A stretch of DNA of 64,000 bases from Macrostomum lignano (taxonomy: Eukaryota): the NCBI GenBank assembly GCA_002269645.1, contig NIVC01001224.1:16932-80931 (forward strand), in the 5' to 3' direction. Below are positions 53,401-63,717 of the stretch, in pieces. The translations under genes were made by a program, and so were the position numbers. The notes beneath the pieces are model-generated. The model searched no databases. It saw only the letters and a program-made list of their open reading frames with translations, and had not been told where the DNA came from. Each line of letters begins with the position of its first letter. Positions within the stretch are counted from its first letter, which is position 1.

Positions 53401-56400
53401 GCAGGGCTGAACACCTGCATGAAAGAGCCCTAGTTACAAGATTTTTACAGCATCTCATGTGCTCTTATGAAGCTGCCTTGGTTCTAGCGCTCACCTGTGA
53501 ATAGTTTCTAGAATCCGTGAGCGACATTGTAGACGAGCTGCATCTTTTACTGTAGTAGGGCGAACTGCTGGACAGGGTGCACTGGAACAGGTGCTCATAG
53601 TACTCATTGAACCAGGGATTCACTGAAGCGTAACTTGTTGGATTCTTTGACAGCAGGTAGCTTCGCTCGAAGTCAGTGAGGTCGGCGGTCTCGAAGCCGA
53701 ACGTGATGGCTCGAGGATAGCGGCCGTTGGTGATTTTGCTCAGCACAGTCTTGCTGTTGCCCCAGTAGGTCGTGCCTGGTTTGCGAGTGAGGTGGGGTTG
53801 GTAATGTTGGAGAGCTGGTGTAAGCTGGAGACTGAGATGAGCGACTGGGAGATGCTGCAGGCAATGTTTTTTTCTAGTGTATCTCCTTTGCAGACCAACA
53901 CTAATCCTGTTGCTTCCGGCACTACTAACTTCTTCCAGTACTATCGGTGCTTCCTGTACTACCAGGTGCTTCCGGCACTACTAACTTCTTCCAGTACTAT
54001 CGGTGCTTCCGGTACTACCAGCTGCTTCCGGTACTATCTTTGCCTCCGGTACTATCGTTGCTTCCGCTAACTACAGTTATTCCCTGTACTTGCAAGTTTT
54101 ACAACCACTTATTTTCGGCTAGTTTTACTTGCTTGAACTACTTGTAATAATGTTCTACTGTCTGTCTGACTGTCTCAATTCTTCTCACCCTGGCCTCAAC
54201 TAGGCAAGCACCTGAATGACCTTGTTGTCAACGAAGTTCGCTTACCAATAAACAGGAACCGATCGTATGTAAGATTATTTCGCGACACGGCGCCAAGAAG
54301 TTCAGCGAGGTCGTTAGACTGCAGGAAGGTGACAATCACAGTTGACTGGGGCCTCTTCAGCAGCTCGGAGGCCACTTGATCGGCGTTAACAGCGGTAAGA
54401 CCGGTGCGGTTCACCTGTGAGAGTCAATGGCAGGGCCCAGTTGAAACTTTTATTTAGATTTAATTGGCTTTTTCCTTGCTTGTACAGTGCTGAGATTTAA
54501 GCATTTAGTATATGGACTAGCATTCAATGACCCCCCTGTGGGGGCACCTTTTAAGCTCCCCGAGCTACATATGCACGTACAGTATACATGTACGAGACAC
54601 CCCTTGTCGTCTTGATCCCATCTCTGTTTGAGCAGAAAATCTACCTGTAGAGTGTGACTGATGCAGATGCCTTCGTTAGCGATGGCTCGCTGAACAGACT
54701 GCAATCCGCTAGATCCGTAGGCGCCGGGAGACAGCACGAATTGTACATTGGTGAGGCCGTAGCGCTTCAGGAAATCCACAATAGCGTAGGCCACCTTGTC
54801 GTCGCTGGGCACCGTGCGCGAGAAATACGGATAGAGCTGCTTGTTGCTAAGGGAGCTCATGGTGGCCGCGTAGGAGATCACGGGCACCTGCACCACGTTG
54901 GTTACCTGTAAAGGTGGGCAGGGGCGAGTTGAGTTGGTAAAGAAACCACGTCGTAAAACTTTTGTACCAACGTAGCCGGATGACCTATGCTCGATTCCTG
55001 GAGACTACTCATATGAGTGATTCCTGTGGCTGGCCTGTGAGAGCATCGAGTCTCGAAATAAAATTGAATGATTCACTTGATTACCTAATATACCGGTACA
55101 TATGAACACCGTTAAGGAGTCCCTAGTTCCTAGAAGCATAAAGTAGCTAGTGAATTTAGTATATGGACAAGTAATCTACGACCCCCTGGGAGGCAATTAA
55201 CAAAAGTCCAAAAATTGCTTAACTCGATACTCATACTTTCGGGCAATAGCCCGAAAAATCACACTCATACTACTCCAGGTACTTAGCATTTATCAGCTAA
55301 ACACCAATAGGCTGTCGGTTTAACAATTCCCCTATCACCGCCAAGCGTGGGATGAACAGGTAATTAACTAAGTAAAAACCCACCCTAGACAGTTGATCTG
55401 CCATCTCGGATGTGGAGGCAGCCACGTAAGCCATGACCTTTTCCGGGTCAATTCGGTTCAAGCTGGAGTCCCTGAGCACGATGGAGCCCGAGTGCAGATT
55501 GGCCACCAGGCTGTCCGTGCGCACAGCTGACGAGCAGGTGTCCATGACGATGCCGCCAACCTTAACGCCGCGAAGTTTTCCAGAGAATATCGGACTGGTT
55601 TGGATGGACTCGATGGCGTATTTGAAAACCTCCGTCAGAAGGAAGCCGTTCTGGCCGTTGACTCTGCCGCAGCTGAACGGCACAGAGCCGGAATAGTGCA
55701 CATCGAAGAGGCCTGCGGGTGAGGAGTGAAAGTATATCTTCTCTCTAACTTTATTTTTTCTTCATCCTCTCTCAAATAAGTCCTTTTTGTTCATTGATTT
55801 CTTAACCTACTGGGCGCCCACCTCACTCCGTTTCTATTTATTTTGCCCCCATTGGCTGTCAACAGCTTTCCTGCCCCACTGGGCACCCACCTCACTCCAT
55901 TTCTATTCACTTCACCCCATTGGCTGTCAGCGGGTTTCCTACGCCACTGGGCGCCCACCTCACTACATTTCTATTCGCTTCACCCTATTGGATGAAAGCC
56001 TAGCTTCCGATAGGAAGCACGAGATCTCTTTCAAACAGATTTCACACCCATTCAGTTTAGATAAAATGCATCACCTCGCACCTTCATTATTACGAGTAGA
56101 CTTTAGACAAATGCTTTCGCTAGCTAAATTACTCACCACCAATCAGCAGCTGGCCGGGCACATAGAGAAACTTCTCCGTCCTATCCAGCGATTTCGGACA
56201 GTTGGTGCAATCGGCACAGGCGGCTGGCACTGAGCTGTACACGGAGCTGCGGCTGGGGAACGCAGGCAGATCGCTGAGCACGCTGAACATGTACCTGCCT
56301 ACTGGAAGGTAGTCCGGGCCCACCCGGTTTAGCGCCAGCCAGCCCATGTTGCCATCGCGATTGGAACGGAATTCAAAACTGCTGCCGCCGAGAGCTAGGA

Positions 56401-59400
56401 ATTTGACAGCAGACAGCCTGTCTGCCAGCTGTCCGTTCAGTCCGGGGTTCAACCAGAAGTTCGGGCAGACGGCTAGGTGGGGTGCAGTGCGAGTGCAAGT
56501 GTAGCCAATTCATCGTAATTGTTGCTTTGCGCTGATCATTTTGAAACTTCGGAATTCAAACACCCCACCTCCCTGACTGATTCTCCATATAAACACCCCA
56601 CCTCCCTGACTGATTCTCCATATAAACACCCCACCTCACTGACTGATTCTCCATATAAACACCCCACCTCCCTGACTGATTCTCCATTTAAACACCCCAC
56701 CTCCCTGACTGATTCTCCATATAAACACCACCACCTCCCTGACTGATTCTCCATATAAACACCCCACCTCACTGACTGATTCTCCATATAAACACCCCAC
56801 CTCACTGACTGATTCTCCATATAAACACCCCACCTCACTGACTGATTCTCCATATAAACACCACCACCTCCCTGACTGATTATCCATTTAAACACCACCA
56901 CCTCACTGAATGATTCTCCATTTAAACACCACCACCTCCCTGACTGATTATCCATTTAAACACCACCACCTCACTGAATGATTCTCCATTTAAACACCAC
57001 CACCTCCCTGACTGATTCTCCATATAAACACCACCACCCCCCTGACTGATTCTCCATATAAACACCACCACCTCCCTGACTGATTATCCATTTAAACACC
57101 ACCACCTCACTGACTGATTTTCCATTTAAACACCCCACCTCACTGACTGATTCTCCATTTAAACACCCCACCTCACTGAATGATTCTCCATTTAAACACC
57201 TGCTACCGGCTCAAACAGTCGTCACAATCGGCCCGTATTCCGTGACTCACAGGTGTAGGAGCTGTTGCAACCAGCGACCAGCATATCCGCATAGGCTTTG
57301 GCAATGCTGAACAGCGCATTGGTGGTTGTCATCATGAACAATCCCGGATAGAACTGCGGCGAGGCAGCCATTGGCCAGCTGTTGTTGCAGCGGGAGCTGT
57401 AAGCCAAACTGCCCGTGGTGCTGCAGTTGAACAGCGCCTCGTAGTAGGGCACCAGCCACGGGTTGTCGATGCTGCTGTCAGCCGACAGGCCGCTCAGGTG
57501 GGCCGTCACTCCGGCAACGTCGGGCGAGTTCACCTGCATCACCCAGCTGTTGTTGGCGCCCGGCCCCAGGCCGCTCAGGGCGCTGTCGCGCGTCATTTCG
57601 CCCCAGTAGTTGCTGGCGATGAACACGAGGCCGTTGTTGTCGGCGGTCAGCTGGACGAGGTCGGCCGATTTGTCCGACAGCACCACCACTACTCGGGTCT
57701 TGGAGATGTCGACTGTGAAATGAAGCCGGTTGAAATTGAGATTTGAAGTATCGAAATACTAAGAAAAATGTCTGTGTACTGGGGCGCTGCTATTGTAACA
57801 TGCAACTCGCTGACAACTCTCACTCTGTCTTCCAACTGCAGCTCAGGGCTGCTGCCAACTAACCGCGACCGACTCTGCTTAACTCTGCTTCACTCACTCG
57901 GCTGGGTACCCTTTTGAAACCATTACTATGCTCGTTAATCGGCGCACTTTAATGCACTTTATTCACATTAACGTGATTCACAAGTCTTAAATAGAAAATT
58001 GATTTTGAGCCAAAAGCTGAGATTTTCACCAACTTGCTTCTCACGCATCAGTCAGTTTATACAAAATTTGAAATTAAATCCTCTGCAGTATAACTCACGG
58101 ATAATGTTCGACAGGATGGAGGCCACCGAACCGTCTGTGCCGACCTCAAGGCAGCGTGGCACGCAGATTCCCTCCCGCAGAGCCTGCACTCGGAACTCAG
58201 TAGCCAGCCGGTTTCCATAATCATTGTTAGAGTACACCAGCTGGACGCACTTCCAGTTGAACTTGTTGATGACGGCGATGATGGCAGACACCTGCGACAG
58301 GCTGGCTGGTACGGTGCGGAAGACGCCCAGGGCCGTCAGGCCGTCGGAGCTGGCCGACGGGCTGACCAGCGGAACGCCGCCGAGGTCACGCAGCACCGGA
58401 GCCAGCGCTGTCGTCACGGCGTCGCCGTAGCTGACCCAGCTCCGGATCTTTGACGCGTCGATGTTGGCACCAGTCGACCTGTCGGGTAGCAGCAGGGTGC
58501 CCTGAGAGATGGACGTCACCAGGCTGATGGCCACTGATGAGGAGCCGCAGACATCCAAGATGAGGGCGCCCAGCTTCACGGAACCGCCGAAGCGCACGTC
58601 TGACTTGTTCCCGCCGTTAATGTAGTCCAGCGTCCACCTAACGGCCTCGGTGTAGCCGAAGCCTTCACCAGTTTTGACCGGGCCGCAGGCACCGCCGGAG
58701 CTGCCAGGAGAACGAACGTTGACCAGAACACCGACAAGGATGTCGCCCGGTAGGTACAGGTAGTTTGGCGTGCCAGTGAAGTACGGCGCGCACTCGCTGC
58801 ACCGGGAAGTGTCGCCGCACGAAGAGGAAAGCGTGGCGACGCCGTGAGCGAGCTGCAGCAGGCCGGTGTCGAGGCTGAAGGCGGGCACCGTGGCTCCCAC
58901 GGCCTCGTAGGCGGCGCTGCCGTTTTTCACGTTGTACACAGCCAAGCCGAAGGTCGGCACGGAGCGATCAGCAAAGGTAAAAGTCGAACCAGTCGATGGG
59001 TCGGTGAACCTGCCGTCCCCAAGCTGAGCAATCAGGTCGGCCTGCAGCCCAGTTCCGGTGCCGTTTCCGGCCGGGGAGGCGAACCAGAACGCGGTGCAGA
59101 CGCCGCCGCTGCCGCCTGTGCAGACGCGGCTCAGGCGGGTTGAAGCGGCCAGCGCGTAGCTGGCCGACGCTCGCAGCACAGAGGAGGTGTAGGCGGACTC
59201 AGTGTACCTGGCCGAGGCTGTCAGGCTGTGCGAGGCGGCGCCAGAGCACAGAGTTGTGTAGCCGCGCATGCTGGCAGCGGACAGCGAGCAGCTGTTCAGG
59301 GACTCGTACCACTCCGAGTACCAGGGGTTCGCGGCTGTCTCGTTTGCCAGCTCGCGAGTCCGACCAGCCCAGGTCTGGTAAGGCGTAGCGGAGGCCGGGC

Positions 59401-62400
59401 GCGGCTCACCGACTGTGATGACGCCCTGCGATTGGCTGACGCTGGTGGCAGTCAGCGCCGATTGGCTGGAGCCCCAGGCGACACCGCCGACCAGCTGGAC
59501 TGGCGCCGTCACCTGCGGCAGCAGTTGGGCCGCGTCGCTAGCCGTCACCAAGGCGACAACTACGGCTGCCGAGGTGCGCGTTTTCACCTGGGCCATCACC
59601 TGGGCGTGGGTGCCGTTGACGCCGATCACGTAGGTGGCCGAGACGCAGATGCGCCGGGAGCGCGCACCGGCAATGAAGAGGCGCGCAATCTCCTGGTTGG
59701 CGGCGTCCGGTGAGCAGACCAGCTGGACGTAGTTGACGGACAGAGACGCCAGGGTGGACAGCAGAGCCTCGGCTTCGGCGGACGCGGAGGCCACAGTCTG
59801 GTAGAGATAGGGACTGGAGGTCAGAGCGGCTGGCCTGAAGGAGATCAGCGATCGCCGCTGGGCCGCCAGCAGCTGGGCGATGCCGTCGGTGCTGCTGGCG
59901 CTGCCGGAGCCGACCACGCCGATGATGCGGCTGGGATCGAGGCCGGCGATTCTCCGGGCGCCGCTCAGCAGGGAGTCGACGAGGTCCTGGCCCAGCACGG
60001 AGCTGCCGCAGTCGTCGATTGCCACGGCGCCAATGAGGTCGGTGGCGTTCACCAGGGAGTTGGCCTGGCTCACGGAGTACAGAAAGGCGTCCAGCTCGCT
60101 GCTGCCATCGAGGCTGACGGCGCCGCAGCTGCGCGGACTGGAGCCGGGCGAGTGCACGGAGAACACGCCCAGCAGGTAGAGCTGGCCGGGCACGTGGGCG
60201 AATTTGAAATCCGGCGCGGCGGCCAGGCAGCCGGAGCAGGGCGCCGCAGGGCAGGCAAACTGGGGCAGCGGGATCACGGCGTCCCTGCGCGATGGTGAGT
60301 CGATAATTCTTAGTGTTACTAATAGTAGTGGTGACTTTTCGATTAGCTAGCTGCATTAAAACCTTTGCATCGTTTACGGAGCAGTTGAATAGACAGGTAC
60401 AAGTAGACAGGTGGGTATAGAGGTAGACGACGGGAGGCATGTAGGTAGACACAGTAGATATATTGGTCGACAGGTAGGTAAACTGGTAGACAGGTAGGTA
60501 TATTGGTAGGCATGTAAGTATTACAGGTAGACAGGTAGGTATACTGGTAGACAGGTAGGTACACTGGTAGACAGGTAGGTATATTGGTAGGCATGTAAGT
60601 ATTACAGGTAGACAGGTAGGTATACTGGTAGACAGGTAGGTACACTGGTAGACAGGTAGGTATACTGGTAGACAGGTAGGTATACTGGTAGACAGGTAGG
60701 TAATATTGATAGACAAAGTAAGCATAAGGGTAGTCAGACAGGTATAGACAATTAGACAGTCCATATTCAATCTAAGTAATAAAATATAGCTGCCAGTGCC
60801 TGCAACGAATCGCTATGAGCCTCACCTGGCCGAGTTGTACACATTCACGCTGCCGGACCGCCATTCAGAGAAGGTACCAGCCAGACGAACCCCCACACGG
60901 ACGTAGGCAAAGGCTGTGCCGTTCTGCCGCAGGTTGTGCACAAAGTAGTTGGTCTCGTAGGGTTCGCCGGTGTCCGTGAGCCGCAGCTGCTTCACCCGCC
61001 GGTCTGGCTCGCTGCTCGCCGTCGAATATCTGCCGGGGGAATTCGATTTTCGTAAGACTGGACCGTTTGAGCATCTCAGTGTGAGACTAGACCATTTGAG
61101 AATCTCAGTGTGGGACTAGACCATTTGAGAATCTCACCGTGAGACTAGAATATTTGAGCATATCCCCATTGAGACTAGACCATTTGAGAATCTCACCGTG
61201 AGACTAGACCATTTGAGAATCTCATTGTGAGACTAGACCCTTTGAGCATCTCTCCATTGAGACTAGACCATTTGAGAATCTCATTGTGAGACTAGACCAT
61301 TTGAGAATCTCATTGTGAGACTTGACCGTTTGAGCATCTCACTATGAGACTAAACCATTTGAGCATCTCACCGTGAGACTAGACTAGACCATTTTAGGCA
61401 TCTCAGTGTGAGACTACATGTAGACCATTTGAGAATCTCCCCATTGAGATTAGACCATTTGCGAATCTCACTGTGAGACTAGAATATTTGAGCATCTCAT
61501 CGTGAGACTTACAGTAGACCATTTCAGCATCTAACAATGAGACTAGACCACTTGAGCATCTCAATGTGAGACTAGACCGTTTGAGCCTCTCAATGTGAGA
61601 CGAGACCATTAAAGCTACCTCAGAGAGCCATAGAGCCTCTCACCTGGCAATCCGCTCAGCGGCCGTATAGCTAAAATCGGTCGCAGCCACCGCCGCGCTC
61701 AGCTCAGCATAGGTGGCGCCGCGCAGAGCCGCGCAGACCCGCGAGCCCCGGCGCATTTTGTCTGCCAGAGTGAGCGCAGCGCCCTGGCGTAGGCGAAAGC
61801 GGCATCGATGGCCGGCTCGACCAAGCGGTTCTGTTGGTACTGGGCGGTGGCGGTGGCCATGTTGAAGGCCGGACAGGGGGGAGCTCCGGGATTGGCCAGG
61901 TTGGTGCCGCCGGACAGGGTGCAGTTGCGGGTCTGCATGAACCACTGCTGGAAGGCGGCGTTGCCACTACTGGCCACGTTGGACAGCTCGTTCAGGTAAA
62001 ACGTCTCAAAAGCGTCGTTCGTTCGGTAGCCGAGACTCACGGAGGTCAGGCCGCGGGCGTTCCTGACGCTGAGCAGGGCGGCCGGATTGCCGAACGAGTC
62101 GGACATGATCCACTGGAAGGCGCTGGACGCCGGGTCGTTGAACAGTGGCGCGAAGTCGGCCAATGAAACGACGGCCACCACGGCTCGAACGCCGGAGTCG
62201 CGCAGGCGGCCCAGAGCGGACGAGATTTCCGCTGCGCTTGGCGCAACGCTGATGGCTGACGCCTGGGCTACGCAGATGCCCAGGGAGGCGCTGAGGCTGA
62301 CCAGGGCAGACTGACCGGCGGTGCCGTACGCGTCCGTGGTGTACAGGATGCCGATGTGAGTCCAGTTGTACTGCTTGAGCACAGCCCCGATTGCCTGCAA

Positions 62401-63465
62401 AAGTGTTGGCAGTGGTCTTCGCATGGCAGTAATAGTTGTGACAAAGGGGGTTGTAGCCTAGTAAGGGGGTTGTGGCCTAGTTAGGGGGTCGTAGCCTAGT
62501 GGTTAGAGCGTCAGACTCACGACTTGAAGGTCGTGGGTTCGATTCCCGATCCAACTGGAACAATTTGTGTCCTTGAGAAAGACAACTAACTCTGCATTGC
62601 TTCAGTCCACCCAGCTGTAAAATGGGTGCCAGCATTAGCTGGGGTAATTGAGGGTGTGTGTGGCGACCCCCCAGTCCTTGGACTGAACAGCCGTACGCAG
62701 CCTTCAGATGCGCCGCGCAATAGCTGTGGCTGAGCTGTCGGTTGCACATGTGCCCAATAGGGCAGGTGTAATCAATTACGCTCGTATTATTATTACAACA
62801 ATAATTCCAGCCTATAAACTACTGGCACCCGATGCATCCTGTTGAATTTTAGAATATTGATGAAGTTCAAGCATCGCACCGTGAACTCACATCAAACTGG
62901 GCGGTGTCGCTCGGGATGGTTCGGAAGAAGTTCGGATAGGCCGAGCGGTCGCTCAGGCCGGGCCCGCTGGCCGAGTAGGAGACCAACGGGATGCCGAAGT
63001 CGTTGAGCAGCGGCGCGAGCGACACGGCCGAGTCGGTGGTAGCTGGGCCGATGACGCCGGGCACCAGGGTCTGGTTGGCTGAGCAGGAGGCTGCGGTGGA
63101 CACCAGCTCGGGAAGATGGAGTCCAGCAGTGAGTCCGTCACCTGGCGCCTGCCGCAGGTGTCGTGAACGCTCAGCACTGCGGATGCAGGTGTTCATTTGA
63201 GAAATTATTCTCAAAAGCCCATTTTTAATGTTTCTCAATCCGCTGACTCAACCTTGCTACTCAAAGCTCATGCACTTTTACAGACCACTGACTCAACCCT
63301 GCTACTCAAAGCTCATGCACTTTGAGACGCCGTGAAGCCACAATTACTCACCGAACTTCACTCCGGGAATGTAGCTGTCATTTATTGCCAAGCCGGCTTC
63401 CGTTCCAGAATCCTTATTTAACAGATCGAACGCCCATTCCAACGCTTTGATGCTTGGCCAGGCGT
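47467..63465 (-). CDS. Giant class C GPCR (mGluR/CaSR-like) with at least five tandem Venus-flytrap modules plus 7TM; N-terminus outside the window; two 1-nt frameshifts
   Basis: Minus-strand exons, 5' to 3': 63465-63352, 63176-62891, 62394-61644, 61029-60826, 60284-58099, 57712-57251, 56472-56137, 55712-55384, 54905-54645, 54414-54246, 53775-53495, 52674-52277, 51326-50849, 50503-50003, 49468-49017, 48538-47547. The last exon either continues to the TAG at 47467 or splices at the donor after 47547 to an unlocated exon. All junctions are GT/AG and phase-consistent once one base is restored at 63110-63112 and at 61738-61740. In-window length ~2730 aa. Confidence 0.88.
47625..48390 (-). other. 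Class C 7TM domain
   Basis: PW before TM1; seven hydrophobic segments; TM3 VCTIRRFGLSL..YASLLVRS; TM4 EWL; ECL2 Cys (RCS); TM6 start TDSRQV; TM7 end LYVRKV. Confidence 0.85.
48575..48832. repeat. 21-bp intronic tandem repeat
   Basis: Unit gtgtctcaatatgctgataat. Confidence 0.93.
49030..51326 (-). other. Venus-flytrap module 5 (membrane-proximal)
   Basis: LCGPM, LAFHYAIDLINN, GFKFGGLSIDVC, VVSPDATAISLSSRAFYPRFLRVVPPD, YNWSVVSLIH, LGLDSWA, WLEEFWQHTLKC, FTTDGYGDRGYDVLNF, YNKIGYW. Confidence 0.85.
50522..50735. repeat. 22-bp intronic tandem repeat
   Basis: Unit gtgggtgagcaggtggttgaat, abutting the acceptor at 50504. Confidence 0.9.
51430..52222. repeat. 19-bp intronic tandem repeat, ~40 copies
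   Basis: Unit gtatgatgtcagtgggggt. Confidence 0.95.
52370..56165 (-). other. Venus-flytrap module 4
   Basis: PGQLLIGGLFDVH..CG, EVFKYAIESI, GVKVGGIVMDTC, PVISYAATMSSLSNKQLYPYFSRTVPSD, GAYG, GICIS, NPWFNEYYEHLFQC, VVNAVYSTALGIH, YSSVG. Confidence 0.88.
56290..58760 (-). other. Venus-flytrap module 3
   Basis: PGDILVGVLVNV..CGPV, EAVRWTLDYIN, KLGALILDVC, PLVSPSASS, FRTVP, FNWKCVQLVYSNNDYG, GICV, NPWLVPYYEALFNC, YLPVG. Confidence 0.85.
56556..57200. repeat. 33-bp intronic tandem repeat
   Basis: Unit aaacaccccacctccctgactgattctccatat. Confidence 0.93.
58850..60195 (-). other. Venus-flytrap module 2 (most degenerate)
   Basis: PGQLYLLGVFSVH..CG, DAFLYSVSQAN, GAVAIDDCGS, IIGVVGS, YLYQTV, ICVS, NPWYSEWYESLNSC, YEAVG. 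Confidence 0.8.
60390..60712. repeat. ~20-bp intronic tandem repeat
   Basis: Unit ggtagacaggtaggtatact. Confidence 0.88.
61065..61610. repeat. ~29-bp degenerate intronic tandem repeat
   Basis: Unit tgagactagaccatttgagaatctcattg. Confidence 0.88.
62483..62800 (+). mobile_element. tRNA-derived CORE-like SINE, copy 3 (apparently full length, antisense in a GPCR intron)
   Basis: gggggtcgtagcctagtggttagagcgtcagactcacgacttgaaggtcgtgggttcgattccc head, CORE-like body, 3' hairpin and (att)n tail. Confidence 0.87.
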
Positions 63466-63717
63466 CTGTGGAAAGAAATTGCATTTCATTTTAGCTCGTA
63501 CTTTACATTACATTACATTACATTACATTTTTCCAGTGGAAAGTCGAATCAAGTAATTAATTTCTTACAGTTTACAGTTCTTACAGAAAGTAAATCTTTA
63601 TTGGAATAACCAAGCTATTGAACCCATGCTTTTCATTGTCTATGGTCCAAAGGAGATCTAGGGAGCAAAAAATTCGAAAATTTTAGCGCGCGGTTTCATC
63701 AGTTGTGCAACAACTAC

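Larger units (their letters stand above)
60826..63465 (-). other. Venus-flytrap module 1 (N-terminal part missing)
   Basis: IKALEWAFDLLN..PGVKF..VHDTC, GVIGPATTDSA, PLVSYSASGPGLSDRSAYPNFFRTIPSD, YNWTHIGILY..DAYG, GICVA, MSDSFG, FQQWF, IDAAFAYARAL, YVRVG. Confidence 0.85.

Noticed and set aside
63106-63140. A 35-nt GT-AG intron that would also repair the first GPCR frameshift
   Set aside because: It removes VTDSLLDSIF, which aligns with the helix after DTC in the other modules, and its acceptor (GAG) is poor; a homopolymer error is simpler. Not fully excluded.
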